64,000 nt of DNA from positions 1,984,001 to 2,048,000 of the forward strand of contig VRMN01000003.1 of NCBI GenBank assembly GCA_008690995.1, given 5' to 3'. Source of the stretch: Porphyridium purpureum. Lineage: Eukaryota. The position numbers and the translations under genes were made by a program. Within the stretch, counting starts at the first letter, position 1. Each line of letters starts with the position of its first letter. Below are positions 49,626-61,900 of the stretch, piece after piece. The notes below the pieces were generated by a model. The model was not told the origin of the DNA. It saw only the letters and a program-made list of their open reading frames with translations, and made no database searches.

Positions 49626-52600
49626 ATGGCCGAGACACAGCAGCCGTTGAGGCTGCAGGAGGTGGCGAATCTGGCGGCGATCGGGGTGCCGCAGCACGCG
49701 CTGACGTTCAGCACGCTGTCGATCGAGTCGGACCGGTACATTGTCGCGCGCAATGTGCCCGAGGCGCAGCTCATTGTGGTCGACATGACAAAGCCCTCGC
49801 AGCCGATCCGCCGCAGCGTGGCCGCAGATTCCGCGCACATGAATCCAAAGACAAGCGTGATGGCCCTCAAGACGGGATCGACGCTGCAGCTCTTTGACAT
49901 GGACGCGCAGAAGCAGGTCAAGCAGGTGCAGGTGATGGAAAAGGTCGTCTACATGACGTGGATTTCCGAGATCACGTTAGGTGTTATCACAGACTCCGCC
50001 GTGTACCACTGGGCAGCAAACGACGCGTCGGAGCCAGTCAAGATGTTTGATCGGCACGAGAACCTCAAAGGCACGCAGATCATTTCGTACAAGGCCGACG
50101 CCAGCGAGCAGTGGCTCTGCGTGACGGGCATCGGCAGCGGCAAGGATGGCAATGTGAAAGGCGCAATGCAACTATTCTCAGTGGACAAGCGCATGTCGCA
50201 GGCATTGGAGGGCCACGCGTGTGCGTTCAAGACGCTGCACATGGAAGGTCACCCGTCTATTTTATTTGCGTTTGCGAGCAAGTCCAAGACCTCTGGCCAG
50301 AGCAAGTTGCATGTGATCGAAGTGGGTCATGAGAACAAACCCGAGGGTGCGCCCAAGTTTGGGCGCAAGTCGTCGCCCATATTCTTTCCACCAGAAATGG
50401 GAGACCAGGACTTTCCCGTCAATTTGCTCTCGCATCCCAAGGGCAGCCTGCTGTACATGTTCACCAAAGCGGGCTACTTGCATATCTTTGATCTTGAGTC
50501 TGGTTCTGCCATTTACATGAACCGTATCTCGGAGACCACCATGTTTGCGCAGTGCACGGTGCCAGACGCGCACGCCGTGATGGCTGTCAATCGAGGAGGC
50601 GCCGTGCTGCGTGCATCATTGCTCGACGACCGCGTCATCCCGTACGTGACGTCCAAGCTGAAGGATGTCGAGCTGGCGATTCGGCTAGCATCACGGAACG
50701 GATTCCCGGGAGCCGAAAGCGTCTTTGTAGAACAGTTTAACGAGCTGTACGCGTCGGGTCAATTCAGTGATGCGGCGGTGGTGGCAGCCGAATCACCCGC
50801 GGGCTTTTTACGCACGCCAGATACCATTGAGCGTTTTCGCGCCTGCCCGCCGCCAGAGCCCGGCATGCCCAGCGCGCTTCTGATGTATTTTCAGACACTG
50901 CTGACGCGTGGCGCGCTGAATGAAATCGAGTCGGTAGAGATCGCGTACATGGTAGTTCAACAGGGGAAGGCTCACCTGCTTGAGAAATGGATCCGTGAGG
51001 ATAAACTGACCCCGACAGAGCAGCTTGGTGAGCTGGTAAAGCAGGGCAACCCGATCATGGGTCTGGCTGTATTTATCAAGGCTCAAGCACATCATAAGGT
51101 GATCCAGAGCATGATAGAAACCGGGCAGACGTCCAAGGTGGTGGCATACGCTCAGAAGGTCGGGCTTTCTTTGGACGCGCAGGAGATTGTGCAGCTTGCG
51201 AACAACATTTCACCCTCCGCAGCGCTTGAACTTGCGAATGCCATGTCGCGCGCGGTCATCCCAGCATCGCGCTCTGCAGTGGCCGAGAAAATCGCAGCAG
51301 AGGCGCAGCAAATGTTTGACATGTTCATGAGTCGCGGTATGCTGTCTGAGGCCACTGCGTACTGCCTTGACAATCTCAAAGACGACGCGCCCGAGTTTGG
51401 CGAGCTTACCACAAAAGTACTAGAAGCAAACTTGATGAACGCACCACAGGTTGCAGACATGATTTTGAGCCAGGACCTATGGCACCACTACCACAAGCAA
51501 AAGATTGCCATGCTGTGCGAGCGCCAGGGTCTATTCCAGCATGCGCTGGAAAACTACACCGACCTGGAAGACATCAAGCGCGTGATTTCAAACACGCATG
51601 TTCTGAATCCAGCTTGGCTGCTCAACTTTTTTGGCACAATGCAGCCGGAACACGGTGTCGAGTGTCTTGATGAGCTCACGAAAACCAACCCCAAGGCCAA
51701 CCTGCAATTGTGCATTATGATTGCAGCAAAGTACACCGAGCAGTTCGGAGCAAAGCGGCTTATGGAAATTTTCGGCGCCATGAAGGCAAACGAAGCGCTG
51801 TACTTGTATCTCGGCGCGATTATCAACTTCTCGGACGACCCGGAAGTGCACTTCAAGTACATTGAAATTTCATGTAGCCCAGGTGTGGCTCAGTTTTCGG
51901 AAGCGGAGCGCGTGACGCGAGAGTCTAACTACTATGATCCAGAGCGAGTCAAGACATTCCTCATGACCACAAAGCCGAAAGATCCGCGTCCGCTGATCAA
52001 TGTGTGCGACCGCTTCGGCTACATCCCGGAAATGGTCAAGTTCATGGTGAAGAATGGGCAAATCAAGTTTGTGGAGGGCTTCGTGCAGCGTATCAACCCG
52101 TCGCGCTGTCCGATTGTCGTGGGTGCGCTGTTGGACCTGGACCGAAGCGAGGAATCGATCCAAAAGCTGATCATGTCGGTGAAGAATCACATTCCGGTGA
52201 CGGCGCTGGTCACCGAATGCGAGAAGCGCGGCAAAATCAAAATGCTTTTGCCGCTACTCGAGTCACTCGTGGCAGACGGCTCGACAGAGGTTGAAGTGCA
52301 CACGGGTATCGCGAAATGCTACATTGAAACCAACAACACGCCTGAGCACTTTTTGAACACGAACATGTACTATGACTCGCGCGCAGTGGGAGCATTCTGC
52401 GAAAAGCGCTACCCAGCATTCGCAGTGCTATCGTACGCGCGCGGTAAGTGCGACGAGGAGCTTTTGGAAGTGACGAACACGCACGCGCTCTTCAAGGAGC
52501 AAGCCAAATATCTCGTTGACCGAGCTTCGCCGGAGCTCTACGCGCTTGTGCTTACACCGGGCAACGTGCACATGCGCCAGGTTGTGGACCAAATGATCCA

Positions 52601-54998
52601 GTACGCGCTGCCGCAGGTGACCGAGCCCGAGAAAATTGGTGCCACGGTCAAGGCTTTCATGACTGCCGACTTGCCGGATCTGTTGATCGAAATGCTAGAG
52701 CGACTGGTACTGCAATCGTCCAACTCGGTATTCACGCGTAACACGAATCTGCAGAATCTGCTTATCCTGACCACCATTCGCGCAGACAAGGAGCGTGCCA
52801 TGGAGTATATCCGGCGGCTCGAGAACTATGACGCTGGCGACATTGCGGAACTGTGCTTGCAGGCCGGCATGTTTGAGGAAGCTTTCACCATCTACGTTCG
52901 CTTTGAGAAATACGTGGAGGCCATCAAGGTTTTGCTGGACGATAAGCAGATCCACGACTTTGTGCGCGCCGAAGAATTTGCTCTGCAGCGTGGCGACGAG
53001 CATTTAGAGGTTTGGTCAGCGCTGGCCTCGGCGCAGTTGCGCGCTGGCAAGATCAGCGCAGGTGTGAAGTCGTTAATGAAGGCCAAGGATGGATCGGCAG
53101 CGCAGGTTGAGCTGGTGGTCACGTCTGCGAGGGAGCACGCCAGCCACGCCGACTATGACGTTGTGATCAAGTATTTGAAGACGGTGCGAAACAAGTCGAA
53201 AGATATTCGCATGGTGGACACTGAAATTGCGTACGGTCTGTGCAGGCAGAACAAGCTCGGCGATTTGGAGGAGATGATTGGTTTGCCGAACGCGGCCGAC
53301 TTTGAGGAGGTTGCGGAGCGATGCATGGACGAGGAACTATACACGGCGGCGAAGATCGTTTTGTCGCATGTCAAGGACTTTGGGCGGCTGGCAGTGGTTC
53401 TCGTGCGGCTGGGTGAGTTTCAGGCGGCCGTGGAAGCCGCGAAGAAGGCAGATCGCGTCCATGCGTGGAAAATGGTTTGCTTTGCGTGTGTCGACGCAGG
53501 CGAATTTCGCCTGGCGCAACAGTGTGGTCTGAAAGTGGTTGTTGAAGCAGGTGAGTTGCCGGAGGTGATCACGTATTACGAGGAGCGCGGCCACTTTGAG
53601 CGCCTGATGGATATGTTGGATGCTGGGCTCTCCCTCGAGCGTGCGCACCAGGGCATGTTCACGGAAAATGGCGTCTTGTACACAAAGTACCGCAGCCACA
53701 CCGAACCCAACTCCACGCGCGTCATGGATTATATGAAGATGTGGTGGCGTAAGGCCAACGTTCCGCGACTGATCCGCGCATGCGAGACTGCGTGGCTCTG
53801 GGCTGAGGCCGTGTACTTGTACATGGCGTACGAGGAGTTTGACAACGCGGCCAAGGTGATGATGGAGCACGGCCCCAGTGCCTGGAACGCCAACACGTTT
53901 ACGGATGCGATTTCGAGGGCTGGCTCATTGGACGTGATGTACAAAGCGGTTCGCTTTTACATTTTGGAGCACGCCGAACTTGTGAACGACTTGCTGTACG
54001 TTCTCGCACCGAAAGCCGAAGCGACTAGGCTGATGGGCATTTTGCGTGGCTCTTACAAGGATGTGTACGGCGAGCTGGGTATTTTGCCGCTTTGCAAACC
54101 CTTCCTCAACAAGGTGCAGGAGCAAGATGTACCAGAGATCAACACTGCCATGAATGATATTCTGATAGCGGAGGGTGACGTGGACGCGTTGCGTGACAGC
54201 GTGGGTACGTTTGAAAACTTTGAGCAAATTGCACTGGCTCGCAAGCTCGAGTCGAATGAGCTCATCGCGTTTCGTCGTGTTGGTGTTGAGCTGTTCCGCA
54301 AGAACGCCAAGTTTGAGCAGGCCATCGAGGTTTCAAAGCGCGATCGCCTGTGGAAGGACATGATCGAAAGTGTTTCTGCATCGGACGACCCCGAAATCAT
54401 GGAAGATGCGATCAAGTTCTTCGTGGAGCAAGGTCTGCGCGAATGCTTCACCGCGCTGCTGTTCGCGTGCTTCGAGACGTGCCCGCCGGACCTCGCGCTT
54501 GAGTATGCCTGGATGTACGATTTGATTGACTTTGCGATGCCCTTCTTGATTCAGACTATGCGCGAGATTGGGCAGCGCCTCATGGGCCTGGAAGAGGAGT
54601 CCAAGGAGCAGCGTCAGATCGAGCAGGACAAGATTCAAGAGGAAGAGGACGAGATCAATGATGATCCGTCTGTGCTGCTGTTTGGCGTGGGCCACCACGG
54701 CAAGGGCGACCAGCCACTGCAGATAGGCTACACGCCGGGCGTCGCCGCGCCGTCCGGACCCATGGCTGCTGGAGCTGTGCCACAGATTGGGTGGGTGCCG
54801 CAACCGCAGGCAACCTACAATATGGCAGCTTACCAGACACAGGCCGCGTACCAGACACGGGCGGCGCAAGCGCAGCAAGCAGCCTACATGACTCAGGCAT
54901 ATAGGACACGACAGGCGCAAGCTGCATCGCAGGCGTATGCCACCCGAATGGCTCAAGCATATGCCACGAACGCGCAGTATCAGACTCAAAAACGGTGA
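49626..54998 (+). CDS. CHC: Clathrin heavy chain
   Basis: N-terminal propeller (LSIESDRYI, ADSAHMNP, FDRHENL, GAMQLFS), leg repeats (FQHALENYTD, DPRPLINVCDRF, NLQNLLILT, LERAHQGMFTE) and trimerisation region (DFAMPFLIQ). ATG at 49626. Confidence 0.97.
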   Translation: MAETQQPLRLQEVANLAAIGVPQHALTFSTLSIESDRYIVARNVPEAQLIVVDMTKPSQPIRRSVAADSAHMNPKTSVMALKTGSTLQLFDMDAQKQVKQVQVMEKVVYMTWISEITLGVITDSAVYHWAANDASEPVKMFDRHENLKGTQIISYKADASEQWLCVTGIGSGKDGNVKGAMQLFSVDKRMSQALEGHACAFKTLHMEGHPSILFAFASKSKTSGQSKLHVIEVGHENKPEGAPKFGRKSSPIFFPPEMGDQDFPVNLLSHPKGSLLYMFTKAGYLHIFDLESGSAIYMNRISETTMFAQCTVPDAHAVMAVNRGGAVLRASLLDDRVIPYVTSKLKDVELAIRLASRNGFPGAESVFVEQFNELYASGQFSDAAVVAAESPAGFLRTPDTIERFRACPPPEPGMPSALLMYFQTLLTRGALNEIESVEIAYMVVQQGKAHLLEKWIREDKLTPTEQLGELVKQGNPIMGLAVFIKAQAHHKVIQSMIETGQTSKVVAYAQKVGLSLDAQEIVQLANNISPSAALELANAMSRAVIPASRSAVAEKIAAEAQQMFDMFMSRGMLSEATAYCLDNLKDDAPEFGELTTKVLEANLMNAPQVADMILSQDLWHHYHKQKIAMLCERQGLFQHALENYTDLEDIKRVISNTHVLNPAWLLNFFGTMQPEHGVECLDELTKTNPKANLQLCIMIAAKYTEQFGAKRLMEIFGAMKANEALYLYLGAIINFSDDPEVHFKYIEISCSPGVAQFSEAERVTRESNYYDPERVKTFLMTTKPKDPRPLINVCDRFGYIPEMVKFMVKNGQIKFVEGFVQRINPSRCPIVVGALLDLDRSEESIQKLIMSVKNHIPVTALVTECEKRGKIKMLLPLLESLVADGSTEVEVHTGIAKCYIETNNTPEHFLNTNMYYDSRAVGAFCEKRYPAFAVLSYARGKCDEELLEVTNTHALFKEQAKYLVDRASPELYALVLTPGNVHMRQVVDQMIQYALPQVTEPEKIGATVKAFMTADLPDLLIEMLERLVLQSSNSVFTRNTNLQNLLILTTIRADKERAMEYIRRLENYDAGDIAELCLQAGMFEEAFTIYVRFEKYVEAIKVLLDDKQIHDFVRAEEFALQRGDEHLEVWSALASAQLRAGKISAGVKSLMKAKDGSAAQVELVVTSAREHASHADYDVVIKYLKTVRNKSKDIRMVDTEIAYGLCRQNKLGDLEEMIGLPNAADFEEVAERCMDEELYTAAKIVLSHVKDFGRLAVVLVRLGEFQAAVEAAKKADRVHAWKMVCFACVDAGEFRLAQQCGLKVVVEAGELPEVITYYEERGHFERLMDMLDAGLSLERAHQGMFTENGVLYTKYRSHTEPNSTRVMDYMKMWWRKANVPRLIRACETAWLWAEAVYLYMAYEEFDNAAKVMMEHGPSAWNANTFTDAISRAGSLDVMYKAVRFYILEHAELVNDLLYVLAPKAEATRLMGILRGSYKDVYGELGILPLCKPFLNKVQEQDVPEINTAMNDILIAEGDVDALRDSVGTFENFEQIALARKLESNELIAFRRVGVELFRKNAKFEQAIEVSKRDRLWKDMIESVSASDDPEIMEDAIKFFVEQGLRECFTALLFACFETCPPDLALEYAWMYDLIDFAMPFLIQTMREIGQRLMGLEEESKEQRQIEQDKIQEEEDEINDDPSVLLFGVGHHGKGDQPLQIGYTPGVAAPSGPMAAGAVPQIGWVPQPQATYNMAAYQTQAAYQTRAAQAQQAAYMTQAYRTRQAQAASQAYATRMAQAYATNAQYQTQKR

Positions 54999-55831
54999 TG
55001 GTAGTGGTTGAGAAGGCCAATGGGAGTAGATTTGCTCACGATCTAGCGTAAGTCTTTGTATCAAACGAAACACTTTGTCCTTTTGAAGAAATGAAAAGAA
55101 AAGAAGACCGAATCTTTGCTGTTGTCGAGGGCCGAAAATCCGTCCCGGTTCGCTTGAGTCGCGACGGAGCGTGCACATTCTTTTCCCGTCTGTCCAAGGA
55201 CACAGGAGAGATCGAATTGCAAACATGTTCGACGCATCCATTTACCATTTCGTGCGGGAAATTTAGGGAAGTGTCCTTTGTTTGACGAGTTGGGCAGCCA
55301 TACCCCCAAATTCACAGGAGGAAAAAGAAAAAAAAAATAATAAGAAGCATTTGAAGAAACAGGTGCTTTTCTGCCTCTTGATGTTGTCGAAGGCTGCACC
55401 TGCAGGTTCGCTTCCCCGTAACGAAACGAAGCTCCTTGCGCAGGAGATCGCGCCGCTGGTCAGAGTCTCCAGATACGGTGCGTGTGCCTGCAGTCACCGA
55501 ATGCGGAACATCCTTCCCGCTCGTAGCTTCCTCTTGGTCGACGTCTTACGCCAGCAGCTCCAGATTGTGTTCAAACCGAATCAAGTCGTCTCTGAGCGTG
55601 CCCTTAAGCTAGCATTGAAAAGAGGAGCTTCCTGACAGCGTCTTGAAGTTGTGGAACTGAATAAGTCGTCCTATTAATGCTGCGCTTCTAGAGTTCTCCT
55701 CCCCAACAACACACACATGAGCGGAACTTTGCGCCAGAATGCGGTTTTCTCAGCTCTAGAAGGAACTGACCTCACGTTCTGATCCCACTTAAACAGGCTT
55801 TACACTTAGAATACAATCAGTCCAGTTTCTT

Positions 55832-58800
55832 TCAGCGAGAGCTGATGTCTACGTTCGCACCGGAAATTCGCACACCATGATATCCGCGAGCACGCAGCGC
55901 ATTCATGGCTCGCTCTTCAGTCTCAATGTGCCGAAAGTCTTTGAGCTGAACATCCTCCTTGAGCCACGCGGACTCGACACGACCACTTGATGTTCTCTTC
56001 ATGCTTGCGGCCACCGCTTGACTACGGCGAGCTTCTTCTTCCGACATGATGTCACGAATTGAAATGGGAGTCATCGGATTCGAAATATGTGCCGTTGGCC
56101 CCCGACTGGAATTATTTCCCCCCAAACTCGCGCCCCATCCAGTCCACTTTTCCGATTCCAATGAGCTGCTCACACTAGAAATACCCGAGCACAGGCTTAA
56201 CGGGCTCATGTTGTGAGTTTGCACGTGAGCATGCGCTGACGCCACGGCCATTGACTTTAGCTGGCGCCGCGCGTGCATCTCTTCCTCCTGAATCTGTGCA
56301 AAACTCTTCATCGAGGCTGGCGACGACAACGCGCGGCCTTCCGGACTCGACCACGGCGCAAGCGATGGAGACTTTGGCTGCTCTTTGACAGTCTCACTGG
56401 ATTTTGGCTGAGAAGGCAGGCCAAGTCCTCGAGTAAACAAAGTGGTCCCTTTCCTTGGCCTCCGCACAGGACTCTGAAACACGTTTGGAAGGACAGGGCC
56501 ACGATCATCGACAGGATGATACTCCACCATGTTTGTATGACGAGTAATACTCGACGTGTCGTTCATCACCAAGGTCTCCCAGTTGGGAATGTCTGCGTCA
56601 GCCACTTTCTCAGCTGAATCTGGAAGGCTCTCGGAATGCGCGGCTTTTGCTGTATGATTTGACGTAGCCTTTAGACTTTGCTTCTTGGATTGAGCCCCCT
56701 GCCCACGAACCAACGTCCCTGAAGTCTCATGAGCCAGCATGGCACCATCTACGAACCGTTGTCGCTCTTCATTTTGAGAGCTTAAATAACTTGCAAGATG
56801 GGTCCGGCGACTTGCTCGTCCGTTCCCAGCCGCTGGAGATTGCCACATCCAACCGCCGCGCACAGATCGGGCGACGAGAGCATCTTGAAGGGCAGCCAGG
56901 AGTGTGTCGTGCATGCGGAGAAAGTCTCGAGAATGCATGGTAAGAATGATATCGATATGCTCGGCGATGTATACGAGAAGCGCCGAACGCATCATCGATC
57001 CTGGGTCAAACCCTACCATGCCAAGCATCGCGCAGGCACGGCCTGGGTTTTGTCCGATATTTGCCAGGGCACTTTTCTCACATAAGAACCGCAGCGACGG
57101 GAAAGGCTTCGGTACCGACTTGCCGTTGAAACTCGAATTTGGGTCCGGTTGCGGCTGATCATCCAGTGCCGACTGTTCGGCCACAAGCAAGCCAACGATG
57201 TGCTTGGTGCCTGTTTGGACTTCCACACAGCCGCGCATGTTTGCCACAACAACTCCGCCCCTCGCGGGCCCGCCCGCGGCAACTATTTCAGAGTAATGCT
57301 CGAACACGACTGCATCGCCGTAGTCCATTGTTGTTACCACAATGCGCGCTCCACACACATGCACACTTCGGCATTTCAGATGCGGGATGAGCCGCCACGC
57401 CAGAGAATTCGATCGATGGTTTCCATGTGTTTCATTTTCCTCCGTCCATATGAAAAGTTCACAAAGACTCGTTCGGAGAATACAAAAGTCTTCGCCGGCC
57501 GCGCCGTCAACCACTTGAATGGGCTCCGCGTGATGGACAAAGAAACCGGATTGCTTTTGCGTTTTCATAGACGAGCCTGGTGGGCCGATGCTTTGTGAGG
57601 CTCGTGCGTGGCTCCAGCGGTTCAAATGCGCCCGCTTCGGATCCATGTTATACCCAAACAAATAAGCCTCGCCCTTTTCCGTGATCGCAATGGTCTTCTT
57701 GGTCGATGTGAACACGCGGACCACGAACTTGTCTTGAAAAAAAGGAATTTTGCGGGGAGTCGCCACACTGGTGATCACCGCTTCGTGAAAGCACAAGCGA
57801 GCGCCTTGATTAGAGCCCCAACCGTACAAGTTTCCCGCTTGGTCAACAGCAAACGTGACGTGCTCGTTCATCGCAACGTGCACAACAGCGCTGTCCGCAA
57901 AGCCCGAGACTTTCCGGTGTGAAAACATCTTCCCGGCATCTGCCTTGGCAGCGCCTTTGGGTTTGGTAGGTTGGCTGGTAGCTGCTTCCGCTGTAGGACT
58001 TATGTATAAATCACCCGAAGTTGATATTAGTGCTGAGCGTGACGCACTCGTGTGCACTGAAGAAATACGGATGCTGCGGAACGCACATAATAATCTGGGC
58101 TCAGCAACCACGTCGACGCCCTCCACAAACAATCTGCCGTTTTTCGTCACGCCCATGCCATATACAAGCCCCATTTCGGTGAGCAGCAATGTATGCCGTG
58201 TGCCTGTTGCGATGCCAACAAGTCTGTCACCGCTTTCTTCTCGGGCGACGACGCGCAAGGGCTTGCCGAACATCCGGAAATCCCCCGAACCGAGCTGGAA
58301 ATCTTCGTTGCGGCCGTACCCATACACCCGCACTGAAGAGCACGTACCTAGATCAGCATGAAAGCTTGGACTTTTTGTACCGCCAAGCAGTCGGTGCGGC
58401 CGGAGAACTTCTCTTCGTAAATCCACATCCCGACACAAATCGACAGCTTGCTGCCGCGTTTGTGACGCTGGCTCACGGCATGACACTCCGAGCTGCATAA
58501 GCTCTTTTACCGCAATCATATTCTTCGCATACATGGCGTGATGCAACGGTGTCCAGCCTTCGGAGCCTCGGTCAGGTAACTTCACTGACACGTTGTGAGC
58601 CACGTGCAACCGAAGCAGGGCGCGAAACACGTGTGCTCGTGCGCTTGCGGCGGCGACATGCAACAGCGCCATACCTGTCGCTGTCTCATGCTTCTGCAGC
58701 ACCTCCACCATGTGCGTGCTTGTCGAGGCACGAACGAACGTCAACAGCTTGTCCAGATGCTGCTCTGCACAACCTTCTTCCGACGCCCGCATCGCGTTCA

Positions 58801-58900
58801 TCAACGCCGCCCACAGAAGTTGAACATCGTGTCCGGGCTGACTTCCATGTTCAGTCGTACATCCGGGCGCAGGCGCTCCGCCCTTTTTTCGCCGCCCCAT
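55832..58900 (-). CDS. Ankyrin + RCC1-repeat protein (IBTK-like architecture)
   Basis: Ankyrin (GMALLHVAA; GWTPLHHAMY), RCC1 repeats (VYGYGRNEDFQLG; GLVYGMG..GRL; GNLYGWGSN), C-terminal SFAQIQEEE / SIRDIMSEEE / DFRHIETEE motifs. First ATG (MGRRKK) at 58900. Confidence 0.8.
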   Translation of the reverse strand: MGRRKKGGAPAPGCTTEHGSQPGHDVQLLWAALMNAMRASEEGCAEQHLDKLLTFVRASTSTHMVEVLQKHETATGMALLHVAAASARAHVFRALLRLHVAHNVSVKLPDRGSEGWTPLHHAMYAKNMIAVKELMQLGVSCREPASQTRQQAVDLCRDVDLRREVLRPHRLLGGTKSPSFHADLGTCSSVRVYGYGRNEDFQLGSGDFRMFGKPLRVVAREESGDRLVGIATGTRHTLLLTEMGLVYGMGVTKNGRLFVEGVDVVAEPRLLCAFRSIRISSVHTSASRSALISTSGDLYISPTAEAATSQPTKPKGAAKADAGKMFSHRKVSGFADSAVVHVAMNEHVTFAVDQAGNLYGWGSNQGARLCFHEAVITSVATPRKIPFFQDKFVVRVFTSTKKTIAITEKGEAYLFGYNMDPKRAHLNRWSHARASQSIGPPGSSMKTQKQSGFFVHHAEPIQVVDGAAGEDFCILRTSLCELFIWTEENETHGNHRSNSLAWRLIPHLKCRSVHVCGARIVVTTMDYGDAVVFEHYSEIVAAGGPARGGVVVANMRGCVEVQTGTKHIVGLLVAEQSALDDQPQPDPNSSFNGKSVPKPFPSLRFLCEKSALANIGQNPGRACAMLGMVGFDPGSMMRSALLVYIAEHIDIILTMHSRDFLRMHDTLLAALQDALVARSVRGGWMWQSPAAGNGRASRRTHLASYLSSQNEERQRFVDGAMLAHETSGTLVRGQGAQSKKQSLKATSNHTAKAAHSESLPDSAEKVADADIPNWETLVMNDTSSITRHTNMVEYHPVDDRGPVLPNVFQSPVRRPRKGTTLFTRGLGLPSQPKSSETVKEQPKSPSLAPWSSPEGRALSSPASMKSFAQIQEEEMHARRQLKSMAVASAHAHVQTHNMSPLSLCSGISSVSSSLESEKWTGWGASLGGNNSSRGPTAHISNPMTPISIRDIMSEEEARRSQAVAASMKRTSSGRVESAWLKEDVQLKDFRHIETEERAMNALRARGYHGVRISGANVDISSR

Positions 58901-61900
58901 TACTCCCGCTCTGCCCGTACAAACCTGCTCCAATCTCGCCCTTCTTCCACTGTCCGAAGCTCGGAATCAAGACAGATCAGTTCAACTGAAAGTGGCGATC
59001 GAACACTCATGCCGAGTTCCGAACGAGCGTACTTTCACGTGCGGGCTTTTCTGGGTCATCCGATAGGTGAAGGCGCAGCTTGGTGCCACACTCGACTCGC
59101 GCTTAGTGTCGGAGCTGCGACGCGCAACGCGAAGAAGCCGCGTCGCAGAAACAACTGGGAGCGGCACCAAGTTCGGAGCCGAATCGAAAGTTTGGGTGTC
59201 GATTGTGGCACACGCAAGTTGAGCATTTCTGGACTCAAATTCGTGAGAAGACAGAGCCGTAGAGCCACACCCAGATACATGAGCGGCAATTCGACTAGCA
59301 GAAGTAGAAGATCGAGTGGTAATGTGATGAAGGCGATTCACAGGCGGTGCGTATGAGCGCGCGCCGCGCCCGTTCATCTACGCATTCGTGAGACTGGCCG
59401 GAGCAAATCACGTATCGTACATCAAAGTACGTGTACTTCTAGCAAGAGCAAACGATCTTGTAGATCCTGTGGGCCATCCATACTGTACGAGTTTAGAGAA
59501 ACGGATTGAACGTCGGCTTGGCCAGTAGCAAGCTTACGGGTGGCATTGTAGCCAGCAGCTGTTTCTGCGTGGCAGTTCGGGCAAATTCGATGTCGCTGGC
59601 CGTGGCGTTTCGACCGACGCGTCTCCTTGCTCAAGTCAGTCTCGTAGACCTCGGCCTGGCCATCACATCCGTTTACGATTCCATGAAAGTTTCTCGTCCG
59701 GGAGGTGTCGCCCACTCAGCATCCTTCCTGAGCAAACGCCTGGAAAACAAAGCACTGGGTGCTGGGGTTAAACATGTAGTGTGGTATTTCCGAGTATCAT
59801 GTGATGTGGGTGGCCTGGTGCTACAGCTTTGGCAGTATCACTCTGCGAGGTCCTTCCCAAGCCGTTATTGTGGCCGTTCCGGTCGCGTCGAGCATTTCTA
59901 GACTGACTCCAAACGCGTTCTCTTCGTTTGATAGTGCATCATAGGTGGTTTGGTGGTGCTGAGAGAGGGCGATTGACACTCGAAAAGGTGAATGGTTCGG
60001 CATCTGCGACTGAAGGGACTTGGCCACCCGGTACCAGTGAGCTTTGGGCATTGCGGCGCAGCACTGATCGAGGTGAAGATCAGCTTCAAGTGTGCTTGCT
60101 CTGCATGCGCTTCCGCCATCGTTCAGCTGCAACTATGCTACTGAAAATGTCGATAGACAAAGGACTCCGCAACGCAATCTGTTTGGGAGATCTGAAACGT
60201 GTACGCCACCAATCGATGAAGCCATTCCTGCAGCAACAGCAGCAGCTCCCTTCGTCTTAAAAGCTCGCGCCCTTTCCTCTCTGTTACATGCTCCGTATCC
60301 TTCTCGGGTCCAACTCTATGTCCTGCCTTGTTCTTTTGTCTTTGCCTTTCGCCACCGCAAAAAGAAACTACGCGCGGTGCCTTTGATATACCGGCTTTCC
60401 TTGCGAGGACTTTGCGAGAGAGAGATGCTCACAGAGGATTCAAGCGCCTTGTCGAAGAACTGCAGACGACGTGCGGCAAATTCACTTTCTGTCTTTCTTC
60501 CTGTTCCACCAAAGTCCGCGATGACCCACCGACCTGATTCCGCTACGCCCCAACTAATACCAATGCGGTCATTATATTGGGCATGCAAATATGCAGCCCA
60601 AATACCGCAGCTCTCATGACCCCACACGTCGAACTGCGCATGGTCTGCCATCGCTGCGAACGCGCGGCACACCCGGATCGGAGCTACCGACGCCACCGGT
60701 GTTTCCCAAACCCTAATCGCACGCTCAACAATCTCAGTTTCACGTTTATAGTAAAACGCGGGTGTTTTTATTGTGGGTGTACAGTGACAAACCACGCGGT
60801 CAGCCACATTGCCAGCTGACCGCTCCCGCGCGCTGAGTGGCGCCGGTTGAATTTCTTAAATTGGGTTCGTGATGTTTCGTAGGTAAATGGAATGGGTTTC
60901 TCCAAGATCTCAGTCTCTCAAAGGGTATCATGGTAACATGGAAGCAGCTGCTCGAGTGCGTTGGTGCGTATGGCATTGCCGTGGTGGCTGATTGCGTCTG
61001 CGCTTTGCACAAAATGCAAGGAATGGGGTGTAGAGGACACGTATTTGGTCGGCCATAGGAGCGCAATACACGCGAGACCGTGTTCGCAGCCAAATGGCTG
61101 CGAGCGCCACAGCAATGTGTGTAAAATGGTGGGACAGACCTTCGGTAGTCGGATGAGAAAGTTTCTTAAATCACCACGGTGTGAATTATAGCATTTTTTT
61201 TGGTCCGACCGAGCAGATCGGCACTTTACGACCGTACATTCAAAGCTTCTGCTTCAGACGGGAGACGTTCAAGACAGGAAGCTTGAGCAGGCAATGGCCG
61301 CCTCTTACATGGTGTGTATGCCTGTCGGTGCATTCACGGCCATAGCTGAAAAGAAAAAGAAGTCAGCACCGAACGTGAACGTGGACGGCAAGATGCTGCT
61401 GAACGACGGGGCGATAAGGGTTGGCTTTGAATATCACTGTGTTACTGGCTGGAACTTCAAGACCGTGAGGCGCTGCGCGTGTCGCTCAGAGCATTGTCCA
61501 GTGAGCACACGATGCGACTGTCTCTCGCCGCTGCGATTTTCGCAAAATGCCCCATGACATTTCGACTCTTGAACTTTTCACCGCGCTTGCAACTGAGCCG
61601 CGAAGTTTAGGACAGACAAAAGCTATTATCGTGCGCAACTGAGGCAGTACCATGTCGTACGGCAGCCCAATTATGGAGGTGCATGGTGACGCTGAGGAAG
61701 TCGACATTGAGGACGAGCTCAAGGTAGCCTCTCAATTTGTTCCGTTGGCAGCTCCTCAGCCGACGGAGACCAATCAAATTTGGCAGGATATTCCTGATGG
61801 AGCCACTAGGCTCCATATAAATGAAATGTGCCGAGGTTCAGAGTGTTCCACAGGAAGGCTCCAAGCAGCGTTACATCCAGCTGGCGCGAAAACTGCAAGA

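Noticed and set aside
48875..49921. 348-aa minus-strand ORF
   Set aside because: Antisense to the clathrin start and its purine-rich leader; low-complexity Pro/Ser/Phe translation.
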